DNA from: an uncultured Pseudomonadota bacterium
GTDB lineage: Bacteria > Pseudomonadota > Alphaproteobacteria > Rs-D84
Reading direction: 5' to 3'
Length of the DNA: 64,000 bases
Assembly: GCA_937885575.1 (NCBI GenBank)
Contig: CALABO010000008.1
Span: forward strand, 6,294 to 70,293
Both the position numbers and the translations under genes were made by a program. The notes under the pieces are model-generated. The model did not search any database. It saw nothing but the letters and a program-made list of their open reading frames with translations, and was not told the DNA's origin. Below are positions 17,354 to 27,283 of the stretch, piece after piece (position 1 is the stretch's first letter; every line of letters begins with the position of its first letter).

Positions 17354-17379
17354 AACCGGCGACATTCACGCCGCCGGTT
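17354..17379 (-). terminator. Intrinsic terminator after the 418-aa OMP gene
   Basis: Minus-strand hairpin AACCGGCG-N10-CGCCGGTT followed by GTTTTCT. Confidence 0.5.
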
Positions 17380-17391
17380 CAAACGCACGAA

Positions 17392-18648
17392 TTAAAAGTA
17401 GAATATAATCCGACCCCCAACCGACATTTCTTTATATTTATCAACTTTGGCTTTGCCAAGCTCGCCCCATTTCTTTAACGCTGGGTCAACCGATTCGTCA
17501 TAATATGTCGCATACGCATCTAACTTTTGACCATCGGCGGTATCAAAGAACGATGTTTTCCCATACAGTGTCAACGCAAACCAATCATTCGGTTGCCACC
17601 CCAGTTCCGCCTTTATCGATGCCTGGCCATGCCAGTCATAGTGACCGTATATGGCTTCCAAATTCAATGTCCAATCTTCCTCTAATACACTAAATACGCC
17701 AAGGCCACCTTCAATGAAAAACGTTGTCTGTGTATCACCATTATATGCAACGAACAAAGACGCCGGTCTCCCCTCTTCATCATGGCCATCAATGCCATTG
17801 CCGTAATATTTGTCATCAAAACTTACCAACCATCCACGCAGCAAACCATATATTGTCGATTTTGAAACTTTATATCCACCCTTTAAATCCAAAACAAATT
17901 CATTGGCAACATCTTGCTGACGTTCATAATACAGTGACGCATCCGCAATCCATTCCGCATTATCGACAAAGCGCCATTGCAACCCGGCACCATAGATATT
18001 TAGCCCGCTATCTTTCATTTCATCATCCGGCGCACTGGACCAATCAAACTTATATTTTGTGGAATCAAAACGCCCCATCAGCAAAACCGCAAGCCGATCG
18101 GTAATACCATAACTTAAATCTTCTTTGACGGCAAACCCACGCGCACTCCACTTTGCCTTGGTATCAAAGTTGGGATTTTTCGCTATCAAATCCGGCAACA
18201 GGAAAAAATCCAAATTATACGAAGATGTATTATACGAAATATCAGTTATCGACCCAAACTTTCCTTCGGTTGGTTGAAAGAACGGATGCGCCAAATAATA
18301 TTTCCGCTTTACCTGACTGCGCACCACGGACGAACGATTATATGTCGACACTGCGGACGAACCGGCGTTATTATTATAATACACCTGGCCACGATTGACC
18401 GGCGTATAGTAATTATTGGTTGTCGTTGTATATCCAACATTTGACTGACGCACTGGCACCGCATAGGTCCGCGTTGTTGTCCGTGTTTCATACTTTTGAT
18501 AATTCACATTTGGATTTTCACGCACCGCGGGTGTTGTGGTATTCAGGTTCGCCGCCGATGCACCGCCCATACCGAAATTCGTCGCCGCAAACGCGGGCGC
18601 GCCCCCAACAAACGCCACCAAAGCAAATACAGACAAATATCCTTTCAT
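17392..18648 (-). CDS. Putative outer-membrane beta-barrel protein/porin
   Basis: Signal peptide ending AFA, an Asn/Tyr/Thr-rich N-terminal region, a beta-strand pattern and a C-terminal Phe (RIIFYF). Confidence 0.55.
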   Translation of the reverse strand: MKGYLSVFALVAFVGGAPAFAATNFGMGGASAANLNTTTPAVRENPNVNYQKYETRTTTRTYAVPVRQSNVGYTTTTNNYYTPVNRGQVYYNNNAGSSAVSTYNRSSVVRSQVKRKYYLAHPFFQPTEGKFGSITDISYNTSSYNLDFFLLPDLIAKNPNFDTKAKWSARGFAVKEDLSYGITDRLAVLLMGRFDSTKYKFDWSSAPDDEMKDSGLNIYGAGLQWRFVDNAEWIADASLYYERQQDVANEFVLDLKGGYKVSKSTIYGLLRGWLVSFDDKYYGNGIDGHDEEGRPASLFVAYNGDTQTTFFIEGGLGVFSVLEEDWTLNLEAIYGHYDWHGQASIKAELGWQPNDWFALTLYGKTSFFDTADGQKLDAYATYYDESVDPALKKWGELGKAKVDKYKEMSVGGRIIFYF

Positions 18649-18677
18649 TTATTTTTCTCCTTAGTTTTATAACCGAA

Positions 18678-18688
18678 TTATATCACAA
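18678..18688 (-). promoter_or_regulatory. Extended -10 element TGTGATATAAT upstream of the OMP gene
   Basis: The minus strand reads TGTGATATAAT about 30 nt upstream of ATG 18648. Confidence 0.45.
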
Positions 18689-18714
18689 AAAATCCCATTT
18701 ACAAAGCATAAAAA

Positions 18715-20934
18715 TCACAATATATGCCGTTTGCCGTTCGGGTCGGGCGCACTGACGATACCTTCCTGTTCCATGCGTTCCATAAAGCCCGCGGCCTTGT
18801 TATAACCAACACTTAAACGCCGTTGAATATAAGATATTGTCGGCTTTTTATCACGGACAACATATTCTTTGGCCTGGGCATACAGGTCGGCATCTTTATC
18901 GCCCGTACTGGCGGGCATGCCCGGCACCGCGCCGCCGGCGGCCGCGCCACCATCTTCGCCATCAATAACACCCGCCACATATTCGGGTTCGCCCTGCGCG
19001 CGCAGGAAATCCGCCACACGCGTCATTTCCGCCGGTTCAATAAACGCACCATGTATACGTACCGGAACACGGCCGGCCTCGCTAAACAACATATCACCAC
19101 ACGCAAGTAAATTTTCCGCACCCTTTTCGCCCAATGTCGTCATACTGTCGATATTACTGCGCGCCTGGAAAGAAATACGCGTTGGGAAATTCGCCTTGAT
19201 AACGCCAGTAATCGTTGTCGCATCGGGACGCTGGGTCGCCATAACAAGGTGGATTCCGGCGGCGCGCGCCTTTTGCGCCAAACGTTGAACACAGGCCTCG
19301 ACCTCTTTACGGGCAACACCCATCAAATCGGCAACCTCATCAATAACTATCACCAAATACGGCATATCAGACAAATCGACCGTCTGCGTTTCGTATTCTA
19401 ATTCACCGGTTTCTTCGTTTGTGCCAACGGCGACCTGCTTTGTCACAACCTCACCCGACGCACGTTTTGCGGCGACCGCCTCGTTATACGCCTCTATATT
19501 TTGCACACCGAAATCCAACAGGCGTTTATACCGCAATTCCATTTCTTGGACCGACCATTTAAGCCCGTTTACCGCCGCATTCGGATCAAGTTTTATAATC
19601 GGCGTAATAAGGTGCGGTATATCGTCCCAAAATCCAAAGTCAACACCTTTGGGGTCAATAATCATAAGTTTACATTTGTCCGGCGTAAAGTGATACAGCA
19701 CCGACATAATTATCGATTGCACAAAAACGGACTTACCCGAACCGGTGCGCCCCGCAATCAGAACATGCGGCATCTTGGCCAAATCGAAATACATCGGATT
19801 GCCACCGATATCCACACCCAACGCAAGTGGTATTTTATATTTAGAATTCACAAACGCATCATCCGCAACAAGTCCCTGGAACCGGACCGTTTGCCGATTA
19901 AGGTTCACCATTTCAACACCAATAAGTTCCGTGCGCGGAATATGCGCGATACGAATATTTTCGGTCGCCATCGCGCGCGTCATATCTTTGACGGTTTTAT
20001 TGATATCGACCATACGAACACCACTGTCGGGCTTGAATTCATACAGCGTCACAATCGGCCCAGGCCGAATTCCAACAACATGACCGTTCACACCATATTC
20101 GGCAAAATGAATTTCCATCGCACGCGCATTTTGTTTTAACTCTGGGGTCACGATACTTTTACCAAAGTTAGATTTTTCCAAAAATTCTGGGTCGGGCAAT
20201 TCGTATTCTATTACTTCCGCACTTTTTGATACGGCGCGCCGACGTGCGGGCTTGCGACGCGGTTTCGGTTTTTCTTCTTCCTCTTCATCCTCCACTTCTT
20301 CTTCAACCTCTTCTTCTGCTTCTTCCTCATCTTCCTCTATCGGTTTCATCAAATGGAACGCGGTCAGCACCCACCGCACCGCACCAATAACATTACGAAC
20401 AATTCGAATAACATCGGCAAAACTTATATGCAATAAAATTCCCGCAATCATAAAGAACCCACACAAACACAAAACACCAATAACTATCGCGCCAACACCA
20501 CCCGCCAAATTCGAAATATCCGCCGCCGCAACGGCCCCAAGCATTCCGCCATATGTCGTCCGTGGTGCAATTAAACCAAACCCGGCCGCGCCCAAACAAA
20601 TCGCAACAAAACCACGCAATATATTATATTCTGGCGTTCCATCACGCACCGCCCCAGACATCAAAATCAAACCAAATCGCGCAATACACAAAAATAAAAA
20701 TAATGTCGGCACATATCCAATTGCATACCTAAACACACCAACAAAATTTCCCATCAAACTTTGCGTGCCGAAATTTCCCGCCGCCGCAATTCCATCTAAA
20801 TAAGGGTCATGAAATAACAACGCAATAATCGACCAAGCCGCAAAAATCAAAACGGCAAAACCACACAACTTTGCGCAAAGCCCACGCAAAGCCCCCGAAA
20901 CACTTTCCGGTAAAAATCTTGACTGACCACTCAT
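18715..20934 (-). CDS. ftsK: DNA translocase FtsK
   Basis: N-terminal TM helices, a highly acidic then basic linker, Walker A GRTGSGKS, and a C-terminal gamma domain (ISYIQRRLSVGYNKAAGFME). Confidence 0.95.
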   Translation of the reverse strand: MSGQSRFLPESVSGALRGLCAKLCGFAVLIFAAWSIIALLFHDPYLDGIAAAGNFGTQSLMGNFVGVFRYAIGYVPTLFLFLCIARFGLILMSGAVRDGTPEYNILRGFVAICLGAAGFGLIAPRTTYGGMLGAVAAADISNLAGGVGAIVIGVLCLCGFFMIAGILLHISFADVIRIVRNVIGAVRWVLTAFHLMKPIEEDEEEAEEEVEEEVEDEEEEEKPKPRRKPARRRAVSKSAEVIEYELPDPEFLEKSNFGKSIVTPELKQNARAMEIHFAEYGVNGHVVGIRPGPIVTLYEFKPDSGVRMVDINKTVKDMTRAMATENIRIAHIPRTELIGVEMVNLNRQTVRFQGLVADDAFVNSKYKIPLALGVDIGGNPMYFDLAKMPHVLIAGRTGSGKSVFVQSIIMSVLYHFTPDKCKLMIIDPKGVDFGFWDDIPHLITPIIKLDPNAAVNGLKWSVQEMELRYKRLLDFGVQNIEAYNEAVAAKRASGEVVTKQVAVGTNEETGELEYETQTVDLSDMPYLVIVIDEVADLMGVARKEVEACVQRLAQKARAAGIHLVMATQRPDATTITGVIKANFPTRISFQARSNIDSMTTLGEKGAENLLACGDMLFSEAGRVPVRIHGAFIEPAEMTRVADFLRAQGEPEYVAGVIDGEDGGAAAGGAVPGMPASTGDKDADLYAQAKEYVVRDKKPTISYIQRRLSVGYNKAAGFMERMEQEGIVSAPDPNGKRHIL

Positions 20935-20943
20935 ACCGCGGAC

Positions 20944-20954
20944 ATTATATCATA
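20944..20954 (-). promoter_or_regulatory. Extended -10-like element TATGATATAAT upstream of ftsK
   Basis: The motif lies on the minus strand 10-20 nt upstream of ATG 20934. Confidence 0.35.
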
Positions 20955-20986
20955 AAAAAAGTGAAAAAGCACCCCGAAACAAAATA

Positions 20987-21637
20987 TTATTTGTTGCGTG
21001 CAACAACGGCCCGAACAATGTCCGCCGCAATCATACCGATAAATGCGCCAAGTATAACATCAGACGGCCAATGCGCACCGACACAAACACGCGACACACC
21101 AATTACAACCGCAAGTGTCCACGTGAACCACTTTGCGCGCGGCACCAACATCCCAATCATAACCAGTCCTGCAAACGACGCCATCGTATGTCCCGAAGGC
21201 ATAGAATGAAACGCCCAATCACGCGCAAACGGATAAAAGCCGGTCATATTCAACGCCTCGTAAAAAACCGGCCGCGCGCGCCCTATTAAAACTTTCAAAA
21301 TTATTCCAACAAATGATGCAAGGAATACAGACGCAAAAACCATAAACGCATAACTATTTTTTATACGACCATAAATATTACTAAAAAAATTTTTTTCTTT
21401 TGAATGCAAAAATTTCCGAATGTAAAAAACACAAAGCACAACAAACGAAACAACCAACCAAACTTTGGCCGCAAAAATTTTCCCAATATATTCGCAAAAT
21501 ATACAATCAAACCGCCGCAAGAAATTAAACACCGGAATATCAAACCAGAAAATTCCCGCAAACACCAACCCAAGTGTCACAATCGCACCAATCAAAATCC
21601 GCATCCAATTTAATTTATTTTCACGTGTGATAAACAT
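20987..21637 (-). CDS. PAP2 family lipid phosphatase
   Basis: Acid-phosphatase motifs KVLIGRARP, PSGH and SRVCVGAHWPSD, with multiple TM helices. Confidence 0.8.
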   Translation of the reverse strand: MFITRENKLNWMRILIGAIVTLGLVFAGIFWFDIPVFNFLRRFDCIFCEYIGKIFAAKVWLVVSFVVLCVFYIRKFLHSKEKNFFSNIYGRIKNSYAFMVFASVFLASFVGIILKVLIGRARPVFYEALNMTGFYPFARDWAFHSMPSGHTMASFAGLVMIGMLVPRAKWFTWTLAVVIGVSRVCVGAHWPSDVILGAFIGMIAADIVRAVVARNK

Positions 21638-21648
21638 ATCAAAACCTT

Positions 21649-23163
21649 TTATTCTTCGTAATTCAATAATCGACTATACACTTTCGAATCAGTCAAAATC
21701 TGTACCGCCACGGACATAGCCAACAAATCTTCATCCTCACCATTTGTGATTGTCGGGCAACCGCGCCGCACCGAATCGGCACTAATATTTTTATCCGCGT
21801 TATAGTCATGCCAACGGAAATCCCCATTGACAACATTTATAAAGAATGCACTCTGTTGCGCGCCGGTGCGAATATTAGACAAACACACCACCGGGAATAT
21901 ACCCCGTCCATCAATCTTGCGCCCCATGCCGGTTTTCACAGATTTATTTAACAATCGCAAACCACCACCGTCACTAAGTGGCAATGTCGATGCAATTCGC
22001 GCCGCGCCCGATGTCGGTGTTCCAATCAAAACCCCACGACCGTTTTCATAGAACGCCGCAGCAATTGCCTCTGCGGTGCCACGCGTCATATTTGAAACGA
22101 CGACAACGACATGCGCATCTGTCACCGCATTATCAGCCGGCACAACTTCGATTTCATCAGTTGTATTTTCAATGATACGCATAATCGGCCGCGCCCCAAT
22201 AAACAGCCCCGCCAACTTTGCCGCCGCGCGTTCATCGTCACCATCGGCCGCACGCAAATCCAAAATGACACCGGAAACATCAGGATGTTTTTTTAACGCC
22301 TCACTAATAATCGCAACCGCACTATTCGATATTTTATTCACAATGATATTAAGTATCCCACCATTTACATCGTCCATAAATACAACATCCGCATCGGCGA
22401 TAACAATTGTTGCACGCCGGACAACAACGCGCCGCTGGCCCGCGGGCGTAAGCAACGTCATCTTTACCGTTCCCGAATTAAACCCGGACATCATCGATGC
22501 CAACGCCGAATCAGAAATCTCTGAAACCAAAGTCCCGTTTATTTCACCAATCAAATCGCCGTCACTTATACCCGCATTATCGGCCGGCGAACCACGATAC
22601 ACCCCCAACACCCGAAAGTTTCCGCGTTCATCACGCGCGCCTTCGATACCAACACTGGTAAGTATTCGTCCATCATTCAGTGGCGATGTTTCGTCCGCCA
22701 AAACATAGCGACCATTTTCATCAATTCCGCGCATTAGTGAATCAACAACCGCACGATAAATATCCGATTCGCTTGCCGCCGCCATAGACATATCACGTTC
22801 GCGCATCTTTAACACCAACGCCGTTGTAATTTCACCATACGCATTCCAATCACGCGGCCCCGGTGCCGGGAAATTTCCAACGATCGTGTCACCCCAAACC
22901 AAGACAACACGTTCATCGGTCGCCGCAATGTGTGCGTCCGGATGCAGGTTTTCCAAACCTTCGATTGCAACCTTTATATTTTTTCCGCCCCAACTAACGC
23001 CGGCCAATTTTTCATATATTTCGGCAAACCCACGCGACATATCAAAAACATTTATTCCATTTTGAATCGGTTCATCTTCGAAAAACAAACTGTCGGCGCG
23101 CACCCCCGCCATAACCGACAGAAAAAGAAAACCACCCAAAAAGATTTTCAACAATTTTTTCAT
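21649..23163 (-). CDS. S41 (C-terminal processing peptidase)-like protein with PDZ domain, probably catalytically inactive
   Basis: Signal peptide from ATG 23163, a PDZ-like segment (GSPADNAGISDGDLIGEING) and an S41 core. SASASE is replaced by TRGTAE and TFGKG by TSGAA. Confidence 0.65.
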   Translation of the reverse strand: MKKLLKIFLGGFLFLSVMAGVRADSLFFEDEPIQNGINVFDMSRGFAEIYEKLAGVSWGGKNIKVAIEGLENLHPDAHIAATDERVVLVWGDTIVGNFPAPGPRDWNAYGEITTALVLKMRERDMSMAAASESDIYRAVVDSLMRGIDENGRYVLADETSPLNDGRILTSVGIEGARDERGNFRVLGVYRGSPADNAGISDGDLIGEINGTLVSEISDSALASMMSGFNSGTVKMTLLTPAGQRRVVVRRATIVIADADVVFMDDVNGGILNIIVNKISNSAVAIISEALKKHPDVSGVILDLRAADGDDERAAAKLAGLFIGARPIMRIIENTTDEIEVVPADNAVTDAHVVVVVSNMTRGTAEAIAAAFYENGRGVLIGTPTSGAARIASTLPLSDGGGLRLLNKSVKTGMGRKIDGRGIFPVVCLSNIRTGAQQSAFFINVVNGDFRWHDYNADKNISADSVRRGCPTITNGEDEDLLAMSVAVQILTDSKVYSRLLNYEE

Positions 23164-23189
23164 ATGCCCCTCTCCCTCTTGCAATGCGT

Positions 23190-24053
23190 TTAGTATTTTG
23201 TTTCACGCAAATTAAAGTGATACAAAATAACATTTGAAATATACATACTGGTCAACGTCCCCATCACAATCGAAAATCCCATGGCCAGTGCAAATTCTTG
23301 CAACGCAAGTCCCCCGAACACATACAGGCCGACCAATGCCAACATTGTTGTAATACTGGTCATCATTGTTCGCGACAACATCTCATTGACCGACAAATCA
23401 ATCAGTTCATCCATAGGCATTTTATGATACTTTTTTATGTTTTCATCGATTCGGTCATAGTTCACAACTTTATCATTGATGGAATACCCGACACCCATCA
23501 AAACAACCGCAATCGCCGTCTGATTAAATTCAAGTCCCGTCACCGAAAAGAACCCAAACATCAACACAAAGTCGAACACCAACGACACAAACGACCCGAC
23601 CGCATAGCCACCGCGATACCGTATCCAAATATACACCGCCATCAAAATAAAGGACACCAACACCGCCAAAATACCACCGCGCACCAATTCACCACCAATC
23701 TTTGGTCCGACAATTTGCACCTGGGTATATTCAACACGATTCCCAAGAATATCCTTGATTTCGCGTACGCGTTCATTTTGTTGTGCATCGGTCGCGCCCT
23801 TTGGCAACCCAACACGAATCAGAATCGCGTTATCGTCCACCGATTGCAATTCCGGATTAAACGCGGCCAAGTCATGACGCATTTTATCCACAGTATAGTC
23901 CGATTCGGTTGATACAACCTCCATCGAAATACCACCGGCAAAATCGATACCATAGTTCAAACCGCGGAACCACAGCGATAAAATCGAACCCAAAATCAAC
24001 GCACCCGAAATCCAATACGACAATTTCCGATACTTCATAAAATGCAGTTTCAT
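23190..24053 (-). CDS. secF: Protein translocase subunit SecF
   Basis: GIDFAGG motif and six TM helices. ATG 24053 has an AGGGG RBS; the track start at 24059 is TTG. Confidence 0.9.
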   Translation of the reverse strand: MKLHFMKYRKLSYWISGALILGSILSLWFRGLNYGIDFAGGISMEVVSTESDYTVDKMRHDLAAFNPELQSVDDNAILIRVGLPKGATDAQQNERVREIKDILGNRVEYTQVQIVGPKIGGELVRGGILAVLVSFILMAVYIWIRYRGGYAVGSFVSLVFDFVLMFGFFSVTGLEFNQTAIAVVLMGVGYSINDKVVNYDRIDENIKKYHKMPMDELIDLSVNEMLSRTMMTSITTMLALVGLYVFGGLALQEFALAMGFSIVMGTLTSMYISNVILYHFNLRETKY

Positions 24054-24064
24054 AACCAAACCCC

Positions 24065-25621
24065 TTACTTTTTCACATAACCAATTTTTTTATTTTTTCC
24101 ATGCATATAGAAATCAATCAGCACGCGCGACAACCATATACACGTAAATAACGTTGTAATAACACCGATGGAAAGTGTCACCGCAAATCCACGAATCGGA
24201 CCCGCACCGAATTGGAACAAAATAAGCGAACAAATAAGGTTCGTAAGTTCCCCGTCCAATACGGTCTTCATCGAACGATTAAATCCGGAATCCACCGCAC
24301 GCAAAGGCGTTGCGCCCGACCGAATTTCATCACGAATTCTTTCAAACGGCAAAATGTTCGCATCGACTGCCATACCCAATGTCAACACGATACCCGCAAT
24401 TCCGGGCAATGTTAGTGTCGCCCCCATCAACGCGGACACACCGATAATCATCGCCAAATTCACCAGTAAAACAATGTCGGCAATCAAACCAAACGCGCGA
24501 TACACAATTATCATAAACAGCATAATAAGAATCACACCAACCAAACACCCAACCTTGCCCTGGGCAATTGTATCGGCACCCAACCCCGCGCCGACAGTGC
24601 GTTCTTCGATGACCTGTAACGGCGCCGGCAATGCACCACTGCGCAACAACACCGCCAAATCTTTTGCACCTTGCAACGTGAATCCGCCGGAAATCTGACC
24701 ACGGCCACCCGGAATCGGTTCACGAATCGTCGGTGCAGACAAAACCTTGCCATCCAAAACAATTGCGAATCGTTCATTCACATGTTCGGTGGTCAGTTTT
24801 GCAAATCGCCGCGCCCCAGTTGCATCAAACACTGTCGTCACAACCGGCATATTATTTTGGTCAAAGTCCGCCTGGGAATCTTTCAAACTTTCACCCGAAA
24901 CTTCTATGCGCGAATACACCGGCACAGTCGACCACGGGCTTTCCATATACGGCAAAAATTCCGTTCCCGCCGGCGCAACGCCCGACGCCAATTGTTCCGG
25001 CGTGATATTTTCGTTCACCAAATGAAAGGTCATCTTGGCGGTCTTGCCAATCAATTCTTTAATATGTTCGGGATTATCAACACCCGGCAATTGCACCAGG
25101 ATATATTTTCCGCCCTGACTTTGAATAGACGGTTCCTTGGTTCCCAACGCATCGATACGCCGCCGCACGATTTCGATACTGCGCGCCAACGCGTCCTGTA
25201 TCATTTCTTCGCGTTGTTTATCCGAATACGAAAGCGTTATCGTATTCCCCGATGAAGAAATATCGACCGTATCCCCAAGGACGCTTTTCAACCGCCCCTT
25301 GGCCTTGGACACTTCGTCATCTTCACGCACAACCAACGACACAACACCGTCGACATTTTTAAGGCCCGAAAAACGAATCATACCCTTTGACCGGTCAATC
25401 ATCGCACTGCGCACTTCGTCATACAGTTGCACCGACTTTTCATCGAACATCGTTTTGGTATCAACCTCAAGCAATAACTGCGCGCCACCTTTCAAATCCA
25501 ACCCCAACGATATCGGGTGCATAAACGACGGGAAATACTTCGCCGCGTTCGGAAACATTGTCGGCACCGAAAGCAACACACCAAATATCGCCACAAAAAC
25601 AATCAGCAATTTTTTAAACAT
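24065..25621 (-). CDS. secD: Protein translocase subunit SecD
   Basis: 520-aa SecD architecture with a large periplasmic domain and C-terminal TM helices. ATG 25621 is preferred to the GTG at 25627. Confidence 0.9.
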   Translation of the reverse strand: MFKKLLIVFVAIFGVLLSVPTMFPNAAKYFPSFMHPISLGLDLKGGAQLLLEVDTKTMFDEKSVQLYDEVRSAMIDRSKGMIRFSGLKNVDGVVSLVVREDDEVSKAKGRLKSVLGDTVDISSSGNTITLSYSDKQREEMIQDALARSIEIVRRRIDALGTKEPSIQSQGGKYILVQLPGVDNPEHIKELIGKTAKMTFHLVNENITPEQLASGVAPAGTEFLPYMESPWSTVPVYSRIEVSGESLKDSQADFDQNNMPVVTTVFDATGARRFAKLTTEHVNERFAIVLDGKVLSAPTIREPIPGGRGQISGGFTLQGAKDLAVLLRSGALPAPLQVIEERTVGAGLGADTIAQGKVGCLVGVILIMLFMIIVYRAFGLIADIVLLVNLAMIIGVSALMGATLTLPGIAGIVLTLGMAVDANILPFERIRDEIRSGATPLRAVDSGFNRSMKTVLDGELTNLICSLILFQFGAGPIRGFAVTLSIGVITTLFTCIWLSRVLIDFYMHGKNKKIGYVKK

Positions 25622-25633
25622 CTGCACAACCCT

Positions 25634-25960
25634 TTATTTTGCCTCTACACTTGCGACGGCGTTCTTGCTAACCTCTATCACAACACCAGGCGCGATTTCC
25701 ATTTCAATCGTCCGTTCGCCAATTTTTTTAACCGTTCCATAAATTCCGGCGGCCAAAATACGATTTCCCACCTGAATACCATCCACCATTTTTTGATATT
25801 CCGCCATACGCTTTTTGTTTGGCCGTACCATAAACAAATAAATCACCGCAAACACAATCAGACAGTACAGCAACATACCGCCCCAACCGCCTTGCTGTGC
25901 GGGCTGTGTGGCATTATCCGCAACCGTTTGCACCGTTTCAACAACTGCTGTTTTGTCCAT
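25634..25960 (-). CDS. yajC: Preprotein translocase subunit YajC
   Basis: Single TM helix followed by the motif RPNKKRMAEYQKMVDGIQVGNRILAAGIYG. AAGGAG RBS before ATG 25960. Confidence 0.85.
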   Translation of the reverse strand: MDKTAVVETVQTVADNATQPAQQGGWGGMLLYCLIVFAVIYLFMVRPNKKRMAEYQKMVDGIQVGNRILAAGIYGTVKKIGERTIEMEIAPGVVIEVSKNAVASVEAK

Positions 25961-26042
25961 AGAAATTTCTCCTTTTTTATTATTTATGGTCAGAGAATAG
26001 AAAAAAAAACAGCGAAAGTAAAGGAAATAGTGGCGGGTGTAA

Positions 26043-26089
26043 AGTTCCCCTCCTGTGGAGGGGTGGCGCCGAACGGCGACGGGGTGGTC
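26043..26089 (+). repeat. Family A half-element A4 (right-half type)
   Basis: AGTTCCCCTCCTGTGGAGGGGTGGCGCCGAACGGCGACGGGGTGGTC, between the P1 stop and the yajC start. Confidence 0.8.
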
Positions 26090-26094
26090 TTTTA

Positions 26095-27258
26095 TCAATT
26101 ATTCACACAAGTCTTAAACTCATCGGGGTCAGTTCTCATAAAACACGCCCGCATTTTCTCTTTGGTGATTTTTTGCATACGAACACACCTTTGTTCTTTT
26201 TTGTAATAAAATTCGTTTTCTCCATCACAATCTAAACAAGCACCATTTACACCTATTCCTTTTTTTTCTAATGATTTACCACTACCACACGGGACACATT
26301 TTTTGTTAGGCCATGTTTCAAATCCATAATTTTCATTTTTACAGCGAAATTGTTTGCAGCCCCCAACAGAAACCAATTTATGTTGTGTTTCATCGTATTT
26401 AGAATCATCCCATGATGTGCACCAATTTTGATTGGTTATACTCTCGGCACATTCCGGCGCCATTACACAATCATCATGGGTGCTATTTTCAGTATATCCC
26501 GGCGCGCACAACACTTTGTAAGAATCTTTTTTTGAAAATGCTTTTGTAATAGTATTTTTATTTGCACTAACTTTCGTTGGTCCAACAATAAGCGCATGAG
26601 GTTTTATCTCAATAACTGCTAATACCACCGAATAATGGTCATTTGTTGTAGAATCGCTAAAATTCCCCTCCGGAAGCTTATTTGAACGCCCCTGATAACC
26701 ATCAAGATAATCAAAAACATCTATCTCAGATGTAATCCGACCATCTTGTTCCCCACTAAGAATTCTATATTTACCATCCAAAGGATTATTTAATTCTGTT
26801 TTATAATCGATACTCAAACCGGAACAGTCATATTCATGTTTTTCACACTTAGTACCAGACCAGCCAGATTCACACACAACCTGTCGCTTATATTCGTCAC
26901 TATCAAAGAAATCAATCCATCGTGGTTGCCCTGTTCCTGACTTATTTGTCCATGCCGCTTGCATTTGTGTCATGCCGAAACACCCACCATGTTCATAGAT
27001 TTCGTGTGCAATAACCGGGATAATAGAACCTTCATCATCGCTACTTCCATATCCAAAAGTGCCGGTTTTATCATTGTAAAAACTCGTTGGAGAAATTTTT
27101 TCGCTCACCTTGGTCGGATAGGCAAAACTATTTGACCACCCCCACGCATTTTGTATTCTGTCTGCTACCACATTAGGATGTTCATATGTACGATTCTCTG
27201 CACCCATCGCACCGCCGGCCAACATTACACCGCAAATTGCAACCATGATTTTTTTCAA
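26095..27258 (-). CDS. Secreted Cys-rich hypothetical protein (P1)
   Basis: TTG start at 27258 with an AGGGAGGA RBS. Signal peptide LKKIMVAICGVMLAGGAMGA. About 24 Cys, concentrated in the C-terminal third. No family recognised. Confidence 0.6.
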   Translation of the reverse strand: MKKIMVAICGVMLAGGAMGAENRTYEHPNVVADRIQNAWGWSNSFAYPTKVSEKISPTSFYNDKTGTFGYGSSDDEGSIIPVIAHEIYEHGGCFGMTQMQAAWTNKSGTGQPRWIDFFDSDEYKRQVVCESGWSGTKCEKHEYDCSGLSIDYKTELNNPLDGKYRILSGEQDGRITSEIDVFDYLDGYQGRSNKLPEGNFSDSTTNDHYSVVLAVIEIKPHALIVGPTKVSANKNTITKAFSKKDSYKVLCAPGYTENSTHDDCVMAPECAESITNQNWCTSWDDSKYDETQHKLVSVGGCKQFRCKNENYGFETWPNKKCVPCGSGKSLEKKGIGVNGACLDCDGENEFYYKKEQRCVRMQKITKEKMRACFMRTDPDEFKTCVNN

Positions 27259-27283
27259 TGAATCCTCCCTTGGTATCAAAACA

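Noticed and set aside
26500-27100. HEIYEH in P1 as a zinc-metalloprotease HExxH motif
   Set aside because: The spacing is HExxxH, not HExxH, and there is no downstream third ligand motif. That is insufficient to call a protease.
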